From sequence record OM339718.1: a stretch of 64,000 nucleotides of DNA; one strand, 5' to 3'. The position numbers were made by a program, and so were the translations under genes. Positions 37,637-46,779 of the stretch are shown piece by piece; position 1 is the stretch's first letter, and the number at the start of each line of letters is the position of its first letter. Below the pieces are notes generated by a model that made no database searches, had not been told where the DNA came from, and saw only the letters and a list, made by a program, of their open reading frames with translations.

Positions 37637-37822
37637 ATGAGTCAGATGAAAGAATATGAGGTAAGAAAAGAGATCAGTGGATACGTTCGCGGACACAAAA
37701 CTGCTTATGTATATGCAAACTCAGAAGAGGAAGCAATCGACATTGCGAAGAAAACTGATTGTTGGGGTGAACTAGATGTAGTTCGGGATGACACAGAGAC
37801 TCAAGATATTTGGTGTTTGTAA
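37637..37822 (+). CDS. hypothetical protein
   Basis: AAGGGG SD. Confidence 0.6.
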   Translation: MSQMKEYEVRKEISGYVRGHKTAYVYANSEEEAIDIAKKTDCWGELDVVRDDTETQDIWCL

Positions 37823-37890
37823 ACAGTATAAGTAGTTGACAAAAGGTGTATTGGATGAGACCATATCAATACACCGACAAAGGAGAGAGT

Positions 37891-38133
37891 ATGGTTTATA
37901 TCACTTCGTATTATAGTAATGTACTTGGGAAAACCACGATCAGCCTTTCTGGGAAAAAGGTTCGTGGGAAAACTCATAGTGTTAAAGATGACCTCAAGGA
38001 GATTCGGAAGGAAATTAACCGCCATGTTCCTGTTGAGGATCGAATGGTTAAAGGTGTTGATACCTTGACAATTACGTACTTCCCACATATGGATATCGAA
38101 AGTTATATGGTTTCCCCAAGTATCCAATTTTAA
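37891..38133 (+). CDS. hypothetical protein
   Basis: AAGGAG SD after promoter 37836-37864. Confidence 0.65.
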   Translation: MVYITSYYSNVLGKTTISLSGKKVRGKTHSVKDDLKEIRKEINRHVPVEDRMVKGVDTLTITYFPHMDIESYMVSPSIQF

Positions 38134-38141
38134 GGTGATTT

Positions 38142-38456
38142 ATGATTGATTTTGATAATATAAACGAGTTTTATGGCGAAAGTTGGCATGTAGATTCATA
38201 TAAGTATGTTAAGTGTGAATATGCGTTGGCTAACCTGAAAGGGTTGTTTCCTAACATCAGGTGGGTTTATGTTCTGAAACAGATCCCGTTTGATGGTCAA
38301 GAGGTTTATAATCCACCAACAGTAGATGGTGATTGTTTAGATATTTGTGCTCGTGATTACGTGATTGTCACAGAAGAAGGAAAAATAATCTCCTTGGGTA
38401 CTAGTGAATGGGGTCATCTCGAAGAGATGAACACTGACGGATTTAAGGAAGTATAA
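38142..38456 (+). CDS. hypothetical protein
   Basis: AAGGTG SD. Confidence 0.65.
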   Translation: MIDFDNINEFYGESWHVDSYKYVKCEYALANLKGLFPNIRWVYVLKQIPFDGQEVYNPPTVDGDCLDICARDYVIVTEEGKIISLGTSEWGHLEEMNTDGFKEV

Positions 38457-38457
38457 C

Positions 38458-38910
38458 ATGATTGTTGACTATGGTGATGTAAAGGTTTATTCTGGGTCTC
38501 ATATCAAAGAGATCTGTCAATATCTTTTAGATAAGAAAATGTATGTTGAAGGGTGGTCATTGAAACCATATCTCGTACAAGTTATCAAATTTGAAAAGAG
38601 GTTTATCACCAAAGTTGCAATCAAGTACAAGGACGGTAACCCCGTTGGACTAGCAACCCGTGGGCTCATGAGTGGTTATAAAAACTTTATGATGTGTTAC
38701 GTCAAAGATGAATTTCGTAACTCGGGTGTCGGTTCCGAACTAGTAAACAGATTGAAGGTTGACGGTGAAAGTCATTGGGCTTATACTGGATATTCTTATT
38801 CTGTTTTATTTTGGGAATCTCTTGGTGTTGTTCCACATACACAACATCGGTCGTGTTGTGGTGATAAATTTACATCTATATTCTTAAAAATTAACAATAA
38901 AAAGAGGTAG
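38458..38910 (+). CDS. GNAT-family acetyltransferase-like protein
   Basis: Motif A CYVKDEFRNSGVGSELV; later S..FWE.LG. Confidence 0.7.
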   Translation: MIVDYGDVKVYSGSHIKEICQYLLDKKMYVEGWSLKPYLVQVIKFEKRFITKVAIKYKDGNPVGLATRGLMSGYKNFMMCYVKDEFRNSGVGSELVNRLKVDGESHWAYTGYSYSVLFWESLGVVPHTQHRSCCGDKFTSIFLKINNKKR

Positions 38911-38912
38911 TA

Positions 38913-39266
38913 ATGGCTAAAGAAAAAGTAGAAGCACATGCACATCTAGTTGATAAATGGGTTTTAACCGAATCCATTAATGTCGGTGGTGTTGTTGCGT
39001 CAAAACCTCGTCTTGTAACCAAAGTTTCCGGGGATCGAGTTTATATTTCACGACGAATCCCAGCAGGTTTGAATCGACAATCTACTGAATTAGAGGAAGA
39101 TTCTTTTGTGAGTTCTAGGAAAGTTCTGTATGTGTTTGATACGGAAGAGATTGCGATTGAGGCAGCCAATCAATGCTATACTTTGTGGAGTTCTTGGTTT
39201 TTTAATCAGAAACAAGATATGATTAATGAAAGTCAGAGGATCCTAAAGGAACTCAGTAATGGATAA
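38913..39266 (+). CDS. hypothetical protein
   Basis: GAGG SD. Confidence 0.65.
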   Translation: MAKEKVEAHAHLVDKWVLTESINVGGVVASKPRLVTKVSGDRVYISRRIPAGLNRQSTELEEDSFVSSRKVLYVFDTEEIAIEAANQCYTLWSSWFFNQKQDMINESQRILKELSNG

Positions 39267-39642
39267 GGTTTATACTTATAAATTTTATGAACACCCGATA
39301 ACACAGCTATATCGGATCCGAATTTATGACGGACATCCAAAAGGTGGCTGGTATCGTCAACTCACCTCTATCGAGGGGTTTGTTGGTCGTATCCTAAACC
39401 GTTGGTATGACAAACATATGGGTGTCATTGACAAGGGTGTATTCGGTCGGTATGATACGAGCGATCCCGGTAGTAATGAACGGCTGAACAAATCTATTGG
39501 AGAAACAGATTACTACAAAAATCAAGAAATTTATTTTGATAGTGTATGGGACTTTTATGATCACATAGGTTATGATCGTGGTGACAAAAAGGTGAGTACA
39601 TTAGATAATCTCATCATCAACTGGAAAATTGAAAAGGAATAA
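39259..39642 (+). CDS. hypothetical protein
   Basis: ORF track. Confidence 0.65.
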   Translation: MDKVYTYKFYEHPITQLYRIRIYDGHPKGGWYRQLTSIEGFVGRILNRWYDKHMGVIDKGVFGRYDTSDPGSNERLNKSIGETDYYKNQEIYFDSVWDFYDHIGYDRGDKKVSTLDNLIINWKIEKE

Positions 39643-39644
39643 AA

Positions 39645-40079
39645 ATGAATATTAATAAATCAAGCTGGCATTATCGACTACTTAACACATTGTTCAACAA
39701 AATCCCTACTAGTTTGTGTCCATATTTTTGGAAAACTGTTTGGGCTTTGGTTATGGTATCTGGATTAACAACCCTATTTATTTCTGCAATGGCGGGTGTT
39801 GGATTGGCTACTTTAAAAGCATTTGGTATCACCAGTGGTCTTGTTTTGGTAACTTCTCCTTTGATTGGTACTGTATTGATTGCAATTATGGTTGCAATTA
39901 TGGTTGGGGTAGCCATTCTATACGACCACGTTAAGAGTTACGCCCGTCAAAAGAAATGGCAGCGGAACGAGAAGAAACGAGAAGAAATCGCCAACAGGGA
40001 ATACAAAGAATCGTTGATTGTATCTTTCCTGAAAGCGAAGAAAGAAAAAATCTGTCCTTCTCTGAAATTTGTTGATTAA
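39645..40079 (+). CDS. membrane protein
   Basis: Two TM segments then charged tail. Confidence 0.7.
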   Translation: MNINKSSWHYRLLNTLFNKIPTSLCPYFWKTVWALVMVSGLTTLFISAMAGVGLATLKAFGITSGLVLVTSPLIGTVLIAIMVAIMVGVAILYDHVKSYARQKKWQRNEKKREEIANREYKESLIVSFLKAKKEKICPSLKFVD

Positions 40080-40153
40080 ACATGTTGACAAGAGGATATC
40101 AATAAAGGTATCCTCTCTTTGTTGAAACAAAACACACTTAAAGGAAATTGATT

Positions 40154-40567
40154 ATGAGCGTATGTACTTCTATTTTTGTTGACATCAGCAACCACAACAT
40201 GAACATCACCAACATCGGCCACGTTGTTCATAAGCTTGTTCAACGGGTTCACGCAAAACAAAAAGTTGTTGGTGGTTGTATTGCAACAATTCATTCTTAC
40301 GACTTCCAAAGCTTTTCCATTGTCTTTGATTCAGATAGCGGAAAACGAAGCATGTTTATGTGTACCGTTTCTCAGAAAGAGGAAATCGATGGATTTGTTT
40401 ATGAGGGTGATAAGGTTTACATCTCTATTGGTCATAACCAAGAAGGTATCAAGATCATGAAGATGGTCGCAGAAAATCTTGTTCAAGAATTCAATGATCT
40501 TCCGGTATTCTTCCGTGAATCAGACTCGATTTATCACGAAAACAACGAATGGGTACAAGTAAAATGA
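40154..40567 (+). CDS. hypothetical protein
   Basis: AAGGA SD after promoter at 40085. Confidence 0.65.
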   Translation: MSVCTSIFVDISNHNMNITNIGHVVHKLVQRVHAKQKVVGGCIATIHSYDFQSFSIVFDSDSGKRSMFMCTVSQKEEIDGFVYEGDKVYISIGHNQEGIKIMKMVAENLVQEFNDLPVFFRESDSIYHENNEWVQVK

Positions 40568-40944
40568 AAAACTTTGACAAATGGCCTAATGCTAAAGTAG
40601 TAATGGAACATATGGATAACCTTATGTGGTTGATTGGTTATCGTCCAAACAACGGGAAAGGTTGGACAGGATACTACAACACTCGCGGTGGTCAACAGAA
40701 GGCGATGAATAACCTATCTTGGCAAGAAGCTCGCTCATTGTGCACTAACGTGTTTGACACAGTGTCTATGCCCTTGGGGAGAGTCGTAAATGGTGTTAAA
40801 ATCTCAGCAGATTCTATGATGGACATCGACGTATATATTCGAAATCACGTTAAAGAAGTTGATGTGATTCGCCAACTGGTGTACCATAAGAAAGAACGTA
40901 AAATCTCTCTTGTTGGTTACAACGAGTTCAAAATCGAGGGTTAA
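40564..40944 (+). CDS. hypothetical protein
   Basis: ATGA overlap. Confidence 0.65.
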   Translation: MKNFDKWPNAKVVMEHMDNLMWLIGYRPNNGKGWTGYYNTRGGQQKAMNNLSWQEARSLCTNVFDTVSMPLGRVVNGVKISADSMMDIDVYIRNHVKEVDVIRQLVYHKKERKISLVGYNEFKIEG

Positions 40945-41501
40945 TGATGAAGATTGGTTACTGTCACTACAGCACGTTCATGAGTCAATGGACTGTTTGG
41001 ATCGGTGAAAGTGGTGAATTCAAAGACGCAGTTAGGTACAATCCGGATGATTGTGTTGTCGATCACAAAGCCGGGATAATCGAGATAAACAGCGATGGTG
41101 TTATCTCTCGTTGGGAATTTGAACCTAACTCTCCTATTGGAGATACCGTTTATAAAGCATTTGTTCGTGAAGAAAAAGAATATATTGTAGGTCGCGAATA
41201 TACCAAGGTATGGATTACCTCAGAAATGAGTATCACTATCCCAACCGAATTTCTGAAACGAACTAAATTCCGTTCTCAGGAATGGTTCATCAAGGAATAC
41301 AAACGGTATATCGGTAGCAAATACCCCAGTGACATCAAGACAATTACCAGTAGTGTCATTGATATGATGATTCGCCATCACATGTATCGTCATCGGGGTT
41401 TGGAGGAACATCAAACCATCCCAGCAGTATACAAAACGGTTGATATCCTCAAAGAAGCATTGGGTTCCATCAATTTCACTATGGAAGATGTATTTGTATG
41501 A
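40944..41501 (+). CDS. hypothetical protein
   Basis: TAATG overlap. Confidence 0.7.
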   Translation: MMKIGYCHYSTFMSQWTVWIGESGEFKDAVRYNPDDCVVDHKAGIIEINSDGVISRWEFEPNSPIGDTVYKAFVREEKEYIVGREYTKVWITSEMSITIPTEFLKRTKFRSQEWFIKEYKRYIGSKYPSDIKTITSSVIDMMIRHHMYRHRGLEEHQTIPAVYKTVDILKEALGSINFTMEDVFV

Positions 41502-41704
41502 AACAATATTCGTGGAATCAAGGGGTTACATTCATCCCACTGGAATTTGACGATCAAGCATATCTGATTGATAATTTCCAGCTAATGATCGATATGTTGA
41601 CAGAACATCTGGAAAAGAATCCGGACCCTGTTCATCGTCACTGGTTAGATTGCTTAGAAGCACGATATAAAAATATTTGCAAACAATCGCAATTAGAGCG
41701 TTGA
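41498..41704 (+). CDS. hypothetical protein
   Basis: ATGA overlap. Confidence 0.6.
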   Translation: MKQYSWNQGVTFIPLEFDDQAYLIDNFQLMIDMLTEHLEKNPDPVHRHWLDCLEARYKNICKQSQLER

Positions 41705-41776
41705 CATCCAGTCGTATTCTGATAATATAGGTCTTGTCGAAACGGGGAGTGGTTCCCCGTCTAATGAGGAATTACT

Positions 41777-42094
41777 ATGACTCACATCACTATGCAAAGC
41801 CTTCGTGAATCCATTATGGACATTCAATCCACTCTGGTAATGGTTAATGCCAAAGTGGTTACGGGAACGAGTTCCAACTTTACTTTCGTACAGACTGCTA
41901 CCGACATACAAGAATTGATGAAAAATTTGGGTCCATATGTATCTCGTGACTACGTAGAGAAGGCGGCTGTTGAGTTTGTAAACTGCCACAATGAGTGTGC
42001 GGCCCACGACGGAGAAATTACCGAAGTGTTTAGCATTTACATGGATCTGGTTGTTGCCAATCTTCGGGCTGCTTACATCAACCTCGGAAAATAA
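41777..42094 (+). CDS. hypothetical protein (resembles 19041)
   Basis: GAGG SD after promoter 41701-41728. Confidence 0.7.
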   Translation: MTHITMQSLRESIMDIQSTLVMVNAKVVTGTSSNFTFVQTATDIQELMKNLGPYVSRDYVEKAAVEFVNCHNECAAHDGEITEVFSIYMDLVVANLRAAYINLGK

Positions 42095-42171
42095 TTTAAA
42101 AAGTTGTTGATCGGTATTCCGGCCTATGAGATACTAACTGTGTCGGGAAATGGTTCCCAAAGGAGATTAAG

Positions 42172-42399
42172 ATGGATAACGTATTGCTTGCTCTGCATGA
42201 TGTTAAAGGTTTCAAGCATATTGATCTGACTCAATTTGAGGACAAGATCGTTGTTGTTCTTGAATCTGGTGTCGAAATGGTGTATGAAAGCTATTACGAT
42301 GAAGATTTTGAGGGTGATGTACATTGCTACTATGACAAAGTGACTGGTGGTGGTGTTGAATCCTTTGACTTTCAAGATGTTCTGGATTACGAGGTCTGA
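42172..42399 (+). CDS. small, very acidic hypothetical protein
   Basis: AAGGAG SD after promoter 42107-42135; about a quarter D/E. Confidence 0.7.
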   Translation: MDNVLLALHDVKGFKHIDLTQFEDKIVVVLESGVEMVYESYYDEDFEGDVHCYYDKVTGGGVESFDFQDVLDYEV

Positions 42400-42400
42400 T

Positions 42401-42712
42401 ATGAAAAAGAAAATCATTGATGATATCAATAGTGCAATCGATATTTTCGAAAACGAATCTCGGTTCAAAGGTACTAATGATTGTATTGGTGTGACGATTT
42501 TCTCTTTGAATGGCGGCCCTTATTTCGAACACCATACATTTGCTTTTCAGGCTTTAGTACGGGCAAGTGAAGTTTTCAATAAGTACCAGATCGCAACAGA
42601 AAACGAATTTTTTAATGTTCAAGATGTGGATGTACGACAAGCGTACTTTGATGTAATCGTTTCTGAACTAAAATTGGCTAAAACTTTTGTAGAAAAGTAC
42701 TTGATCGAATAA
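42401..42712 (+). CDS. hypothetical protein
   Basis: GAGG SD. Confidence 0.65.
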   Translation: MKKKIIDDINSAIDIFENESRFKGTNDCIGVTIFSLNGGPYFEHHTFAFQALVRASEVFNKYQIATENEFFNVQDVDVRQAYFDVIVSELKLAKTFVEKYLIE

Positions 42713-42761
42713 TCACGTTATGAGATACTATCCCTGTTGAGACGAGACACCAATTAGGAGA

Positions 42762-43145
42762 ATGACTATGATGAATCAAATCGAAGTAATGGTTGCTGAA
42801 ATGATGGCCTTCTCAGAAGAAGTATACTTCAACAAGGTTATCCCTGATATGAAAGAACGTTTCGATGAGGAACATGTTGAGTCTTTCGTTAGTCAAAACC
42901 TGAATCGCAATTCTTACTCCATCATGAAAGGTCGTAAGTTTGCCCGAATCGTCCGTCACGACTTTGGACGTGAGGATACTACCGGTTCCGTTGTCTGGTT
43001 TGTTAACATGGAAAACGGTAATATCCACAAGGCAAACGGTTGGGCTTCTGCATCCAAATATGTTCGTGGTAACGTGAGCAACTGGAAAGACGCTATGCAT
43101 GTTGGTTCTCGCTCCGGTATCTACGGTTTCATCGCGATTCGCTAA
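42762..43145 (+). CDS. conserved phage hypothetical protein
   Basis: GRKFARI...SVVWFV....G.I.KA.GW.....VRGN motif; promoter 42701-42729. Confidence 0.7.
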   Translation: MTMMNQIEVMVAEMMAFSEEVYFNKVIPDMKERFDEEHVESFVSQNLNRNSYSIMKGRKFARIVRHDFGREDTTGSVVWFVNMENGNIHKANGWASASKYVRGNVSNWKDAMHVGSRSGIYGFIAIR

Positions 43146-43156
43146 GAGGAAAAATT

Positions 43157-43414
43157 ATGATTATTAGTCTGAATATGCATGAGTTTTATGAACTTTACCC
43201 GTGTTATCAAGAGTGGGTTTGTAATGAATCCCCTTCCCAATATTCTATCAATGCGGTTTATAATCGTATGATGCATAAGAAATCTCTAAACGTTATGGAA
43301 GCTAAGGAAGTTATGGCGTTTATTGCTTGGGTTGAAAACAACTCTTGCAAAGAAGATCTAGAAATCCTCAAATCAACTATCCAATATATGAAAGGTGTAT
43401 TAAATGCTGCTTGA
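43157..43414 (+). CDS. hypothetical protein
   Basis: GAGG SD. Confidence 0.65.
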   Translation: MIISLNMHEFYELYPCYQEWVCNESPSQYSINAVYNRMMHKKSLNVMEAKEVMAFIAWVENNSCKEDLEILKSTIQYMKGVLNAA

Positions 43415-43883
43415 ACAAATTAAGAAAGACCAAATTAAAGCCCGTAAATCAGAAGACCGTTCTACCCATCACGGGAAAGTTCGTATCAACGCTCTAACAA
43501 CCCTAATTGGTGAAGCAAGTCCTTCCGGTAATCAGGTAGTAACTGACGAACAAGTCCAATCGGTTATTCGCAAATTCGTTAAAAACATTGACGAAGCAGT
43601 TACCGAGATCCGCAAAAGGGTTGTATCCGTATCAAACGATATGACTAATCAAGAAGTGATGGATATTCTTAAAACTGATATCAAATTCACGGACTTGATG
43701 ATCGAACGTGAACTGCTGAGTTCCTATCTTCCGAAGGTGTTTGGTGAAGAACATATCAAAGAGGTACTTAGTCAGCTCGTTGGTGGTTCTAACATCGGTC
43801 AAGTCATGGGCGCTTGTAAGAAAGCAGCTTCTGCCAAAGGTCTTTTGTTTGATGGTGCCCTTGTCAAAAAGGTACTGGGCTAG
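43404..43883 (+). CDS. YqeY/GatB-domain protein
   Basis: LLEQIKKDQIKARK...LTTLIGE...E.ELL.SYLP...IGQVMG...DG.LV. Confidence 0.8.
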   Translation: MLLEQIKKDQIKARKSEDRSTHHGKVRINALTTLIGEASPSGNQVVTDEQVQSVIRKFVKNIDEAVTEIRKRVVSVSNDMTNQEVMDILKTDIKFTDLMIERELLSSYLPKVFGEEHIKEVLSQLVGGSNIGQVMGACKKAASAKGLLFDGALVKKVLG

Positions 43884-43911
43884 TATCATATGAAATCAAA
43901 TTATAGATTTC

Positions 43912-43945
43912 CTATAAGTATTTATATAGAAGATCTATAATTAGA
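43912..43945 (+). repeat. 34-bp AT-rich core, identical to 1727-1760
   Basis: Exact match; upstream TGAAATCAAA also shared. Confidence 0.95.
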
Positions 43946-43995
43946 ACGAGTGAAACGAGTACGGCGTAGCCGGTTCGCTAAAGCTCACCAATCTT

Positions 43996-44061
43996 TCTAG
44001 AATCAATTCCTCGTTATCTCATACAATGTTTATTGTATTCTCCATAGGAATTGATTCTAGA
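43996..44061. repeat. 16-bp perfect inverted repeat with inner 7-bp hairpin
   Basis: TCTAGAATCAATTCCT 43996-44011 / AGGAATTGATTCTAGA 44046-44061. Confidence 0.95.
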
Positions 44062-44082
44062 CACCATACACGAGGTTTAATC

Positions 44083-44331
44083 ATGGTTTCTATAGAGAGT
44101 TTCGTAAACATTAAGAAAAGTGAAGGCTATAAGGAAGTAATACCGTTTGTGTCTGGTTATACAAGCCTTCAATTAAAGGTTAAAGACTGGGTATATTCCT
44201 TTCATGTGAATCACGATACCAAAGACGTCGAATATCGTGTTGTTACCCCATATGAAACCAAAGGGTTCATCATTTATAATTTGGATCATGTACTGGTTCG
44301 AGACGGAAAATTTTTTCGGGTGGGTGAATGA
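44083..44331 (+). CDS. hypothetical protein
   Basis: GAGG SD before ATG 44083. Confidence 0.65.
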   Translation: MVSIESFVNIKKSEGYKEVIPFVSGYTSLQLKVKDWVYSFHVNHDTKDVEYRVVTPYETKGFIIYNLDHVLVRDGKFFRVGE

Positions 44332-44519
44332 GATATCAACCATACGATGAGGATGAAGGCCCTAGGCTGATGGATACTCACGACCGTTATGGCAATAAAA
44401 GAGATATACCAGAAGAAATGTATCACCCGGAATCAATGATGACCACTCCCACCGGTTGGTTTATTAAAATATTGGGTCTTGGTATTGTCTTGTTTTTAAT
44501 TTTTAATATGGTGAAATAA
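44328..44519 (+). CDS. small membrane protein
   Basis: C-terminal TM segment. Confidence 0.6.
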   Translation: MRYQPYDEDEGPRLMDTHDRYGNKRDIPEEMYHPESMMTTPTGWFIKILGLGIVLFLIFNMVK

Positions 44520-44923
44520 TGAAAAAGAATTTAACTACAAAGGAGCTTGTCAAGTCTGGTGCGGTTGTTGTTGGTAACTTTAATGGTATCAACCTTAACG
44601 AAACTGGTGATGTAACAAAAGAGGGGTTTTACTTCATATCTGCCCCTGCTAGTTCTGTTGTTTATATGACCCATGTTGGAAATCAACAGCGAAAACGTGG
44701 TTTTGGTGAAACCATGATCCGACTTCGAAAACCACGTACTGGTCAGGCTAAAGATGTTCACGATTACCTGATGACAGGTAAAACCGTAAAACTCTATTTC
44801 CTTAAATATAGCCAAGCCCGTCACCTTCTTGGGATCGAAGAATACGGACAGATGAATAATGGTCATGAGTTGACTGGCAAGATCCGAAACAAATTTATCA
44901 TCCATGGTCGAATGGTAAGTTAG
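44519..44923 (+). CDS. ndd: nucleoid disruption protein Ndd-like
   Basis: T.+L..GA.V+G...GFYF...VGNQ..K.GF...R pattern as in T4 Ndd; lies upstream of gene 52 as in T4. Confidence 0.65.
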   Translation: MKKNLTTKELVKSGAVVVGNFNGINLNETGDVTKEGFYFISAPASSVVYMTHVGNQQRKRGFGETMIRLRKPRTGQAKDVHDYLMTGKTVKLYFLKYSQARHLLGIEEYGQMNNGHELTGKIRNKFIIHGRMVS

Positions 44924-45006
44924 AACAAAGCCCGTCTTTTGATGGGCTTTACAGTTTATATTCATATGTGGTATGATACATAAAATAAATTAAAATAAGG
45001 AATGAT

Positions 45007-46347
45007 ATGAAATTCGTAGATCGTACTATTTCAAGTTATATTCATAATGAAGCAAAAGAATATACATTTTATACCATCGTAAACCGTGCATTACCTTCTA
45101 TGGTAGATGGGTTCAAACCATCCCAGCGTTTTGTTTTGTACTCAACAATCAAAAACGCAAGTAAGGACTTCAAGAAGTCTGCATTCCTTTGTGGTGTTAT
45201 CTCTGACTATGGATATCCCCATGGTGAAGCAAGTGGGTATGATGTTCTAGCTGGTATGGCAACACAATACGCAAACAACTTCCCTGTGATCACCGGGCGG
45301 GGTAACTTTGGTTCACGACAAAACCCAGCAGCAGCGGAACCACGTTACATCTTTGGTAAACTGGATGATAATTTTGACCTTTTGTTCAAAGATTTGGATT
45401 TGGTTTTACCTAGCGAAATCGATTCTTATTCTATTCCAAAATTTTATCTCCCTGTCATTCCGTTTGTGTTGATCAATGGGATTCGTGGTGTTGCAACTGG
45501 TTATGCAACTCATATCCTACCACATGATATTCACAGTGTTATTGACGAATGTATTTCTTATGTGAAGACTGGGAAGTGCAACGAACCCCAAATCAAGTTT
45601 CCGTCTTTTATTGGGAAGGTTAACACCACCGGAGAACAATGGACAAACGAAGGAGTTTACGAACTTCAAGGTAAAACCAAACTTCTGATCACAGAGATCC
45701 CAGTTAGTTTCAATCGAATCAAATATGTGGCGATTTTAAATAATCTTATTGAAAAAGACCAGATTGTTAGTTATGATGAGATTGAAGGTGAAGGTGATTT
45801 TACATTCAGGGTCACTTTGAAACGTGATTTTGATACTTCTCATGAAAATATCATGAAACAATTCTCTCTGTCTGAGAATATCTATCAGAATATCAACGTG
45901 ATTGGTCCAAACTCCAACATGGTTACAGGGGATATGGATCTGCGAAAATACGAAAATACTAGTCAACTCATTTGCGAATTTGTCGATTATCGTATGACCG
46001 TCGTTGAACGTCGTATTGAAAACATGATCAAAAATCTAACCGATTTGATCCCAGAACTTAAAGCGAAAGCAGAATTTATTCGGCTAGCCAGAGATGGGAA
46101 AATCAGTTATAATCAACCTAAGAAGTCTATGATCCAGCAAGTTAAAACTCTTCTGGAACCAGAACTTGCGGTTTATTCTGATAAGGTGGTTGGCCTCCCA
46201 ATCTTTAACATGACAGAAGACGAAGTAGAAAAACTGGTTAAAGAATATGAGCAAGCAGAAAAAGACCTTGCTTATTGGAAAACAACAAACTCCAAAAAAG
46301 AATATCTGAAAGATTTGACTACTTTGAAAAATAAATTGAAGGTTTGA
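45007..46347 (+). CDS. 52: type II DNA topoisomerase medium subunit (T4 gp52, GyrA/ParC-like)
   Basis: RALPSMVDGFKPSQR, YPHGE, active-site A.PRYIF, INGIRGVATGY. Confidence 0.95.
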   Translation: MKFVDRTISSYIHNEAKEYTFYTIVNRALPSMVDGFKPSQRFVLYSTIKNASKDFKKSAFLCGVISDYGYPHGEASGYDVLAGMATQYANNFPVITGRGNFGSRQNPAAAEPRYIFGKLDDNFDLLFKDLDLVLPSEIDSYSIPKFYLPVIPFVLINGIRGVATGYATHILPHDIHSVIDECISYVKTGKCNEPQIKFPSFIGKVNTTGEQWTNEGVYELQGKTKLLITEIPVSFNRIKYVAILNNLIEKDQIVSYDEIEGEGDFTFRVTLKRDFDTSHENIMKQFSLSENIYQNINVIGPNSNMVTGDMDLRKYENTSQLICEFVDYRMTVVERRIENMIKNLTDLIPELKAKAEFIRLARDGKISYNQPKKSMIQQVKTLLEPELAVYSDKVVGLPIFNMTEDEVEKLVKEYEQAEKDLAYWKTTNSKKEYLKDLTTLKNKLKV

Positions 46348-46350
46348 TAT

Positions 46351-46779
46351 ATGACCATAGAGATAAATATTATAAAACAAGCAAAAGAAGAAACAAATGC
46401 AATGTTACCAATGATTATCCCATCTTGTATGGGAGCATTGATAGCAAGTGTGCTTGTTGGTTGTGGGTATATACCCGATATTCCTACATATGTGTTTTTG
46501 TGTGCACTTTGTTATGCCCTCGTTGATCTTGGAATAATGGTAGTAAACTGGATTAAACGACCAGATTATGGTAAAGAGTTTAAACATCCTCTATCTATGT
46601 GTATGCTTTATTCCTTCTGTGATAATAATGTTGGGGAATATCTCCATATTTATAAAAATACATCAAACTTTAATCTACGAATTACTCTTGCTGGAATCGT
46701 AATATTCGTTGGTGTTTTTGTATTTTATTCGGTAATAGTTGGTGTCCCTGTAATGGTATCATCTTGGTTGTTCCTCTAA
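46351..46779 (+). CDS. multi-pass membrane protein
   Basis: 3 TM segments. Confidence 0.7.
   Translation: MTIEINIIKQAKEETNAMLPMIIPSCMGALIASVLVGCGYIPDIPTYVFLCALCYALVDLGIMVVNWIKRPDYGKEFKHPLSMCMLYSFCDNNVGEYLHIYKNTSNFNLRITLAGIVIFVGVFVFYSVIVGVPVMVSSWLFL

Noticed and set aside
41742-41760. Type I-E CRISPR repeat mimic (GTTCCCCG)
   Set aside because: Match is limited to about 8 nt and is explained by a simple hairpin
123-46587. Numerous - strand ORFs in the track (e.g. 16365-17069, 20157-20711, 23672-24232)
   Set aside because: Antisense shadows of densely packed + strand genes, with no SD or promoter support and biased composition
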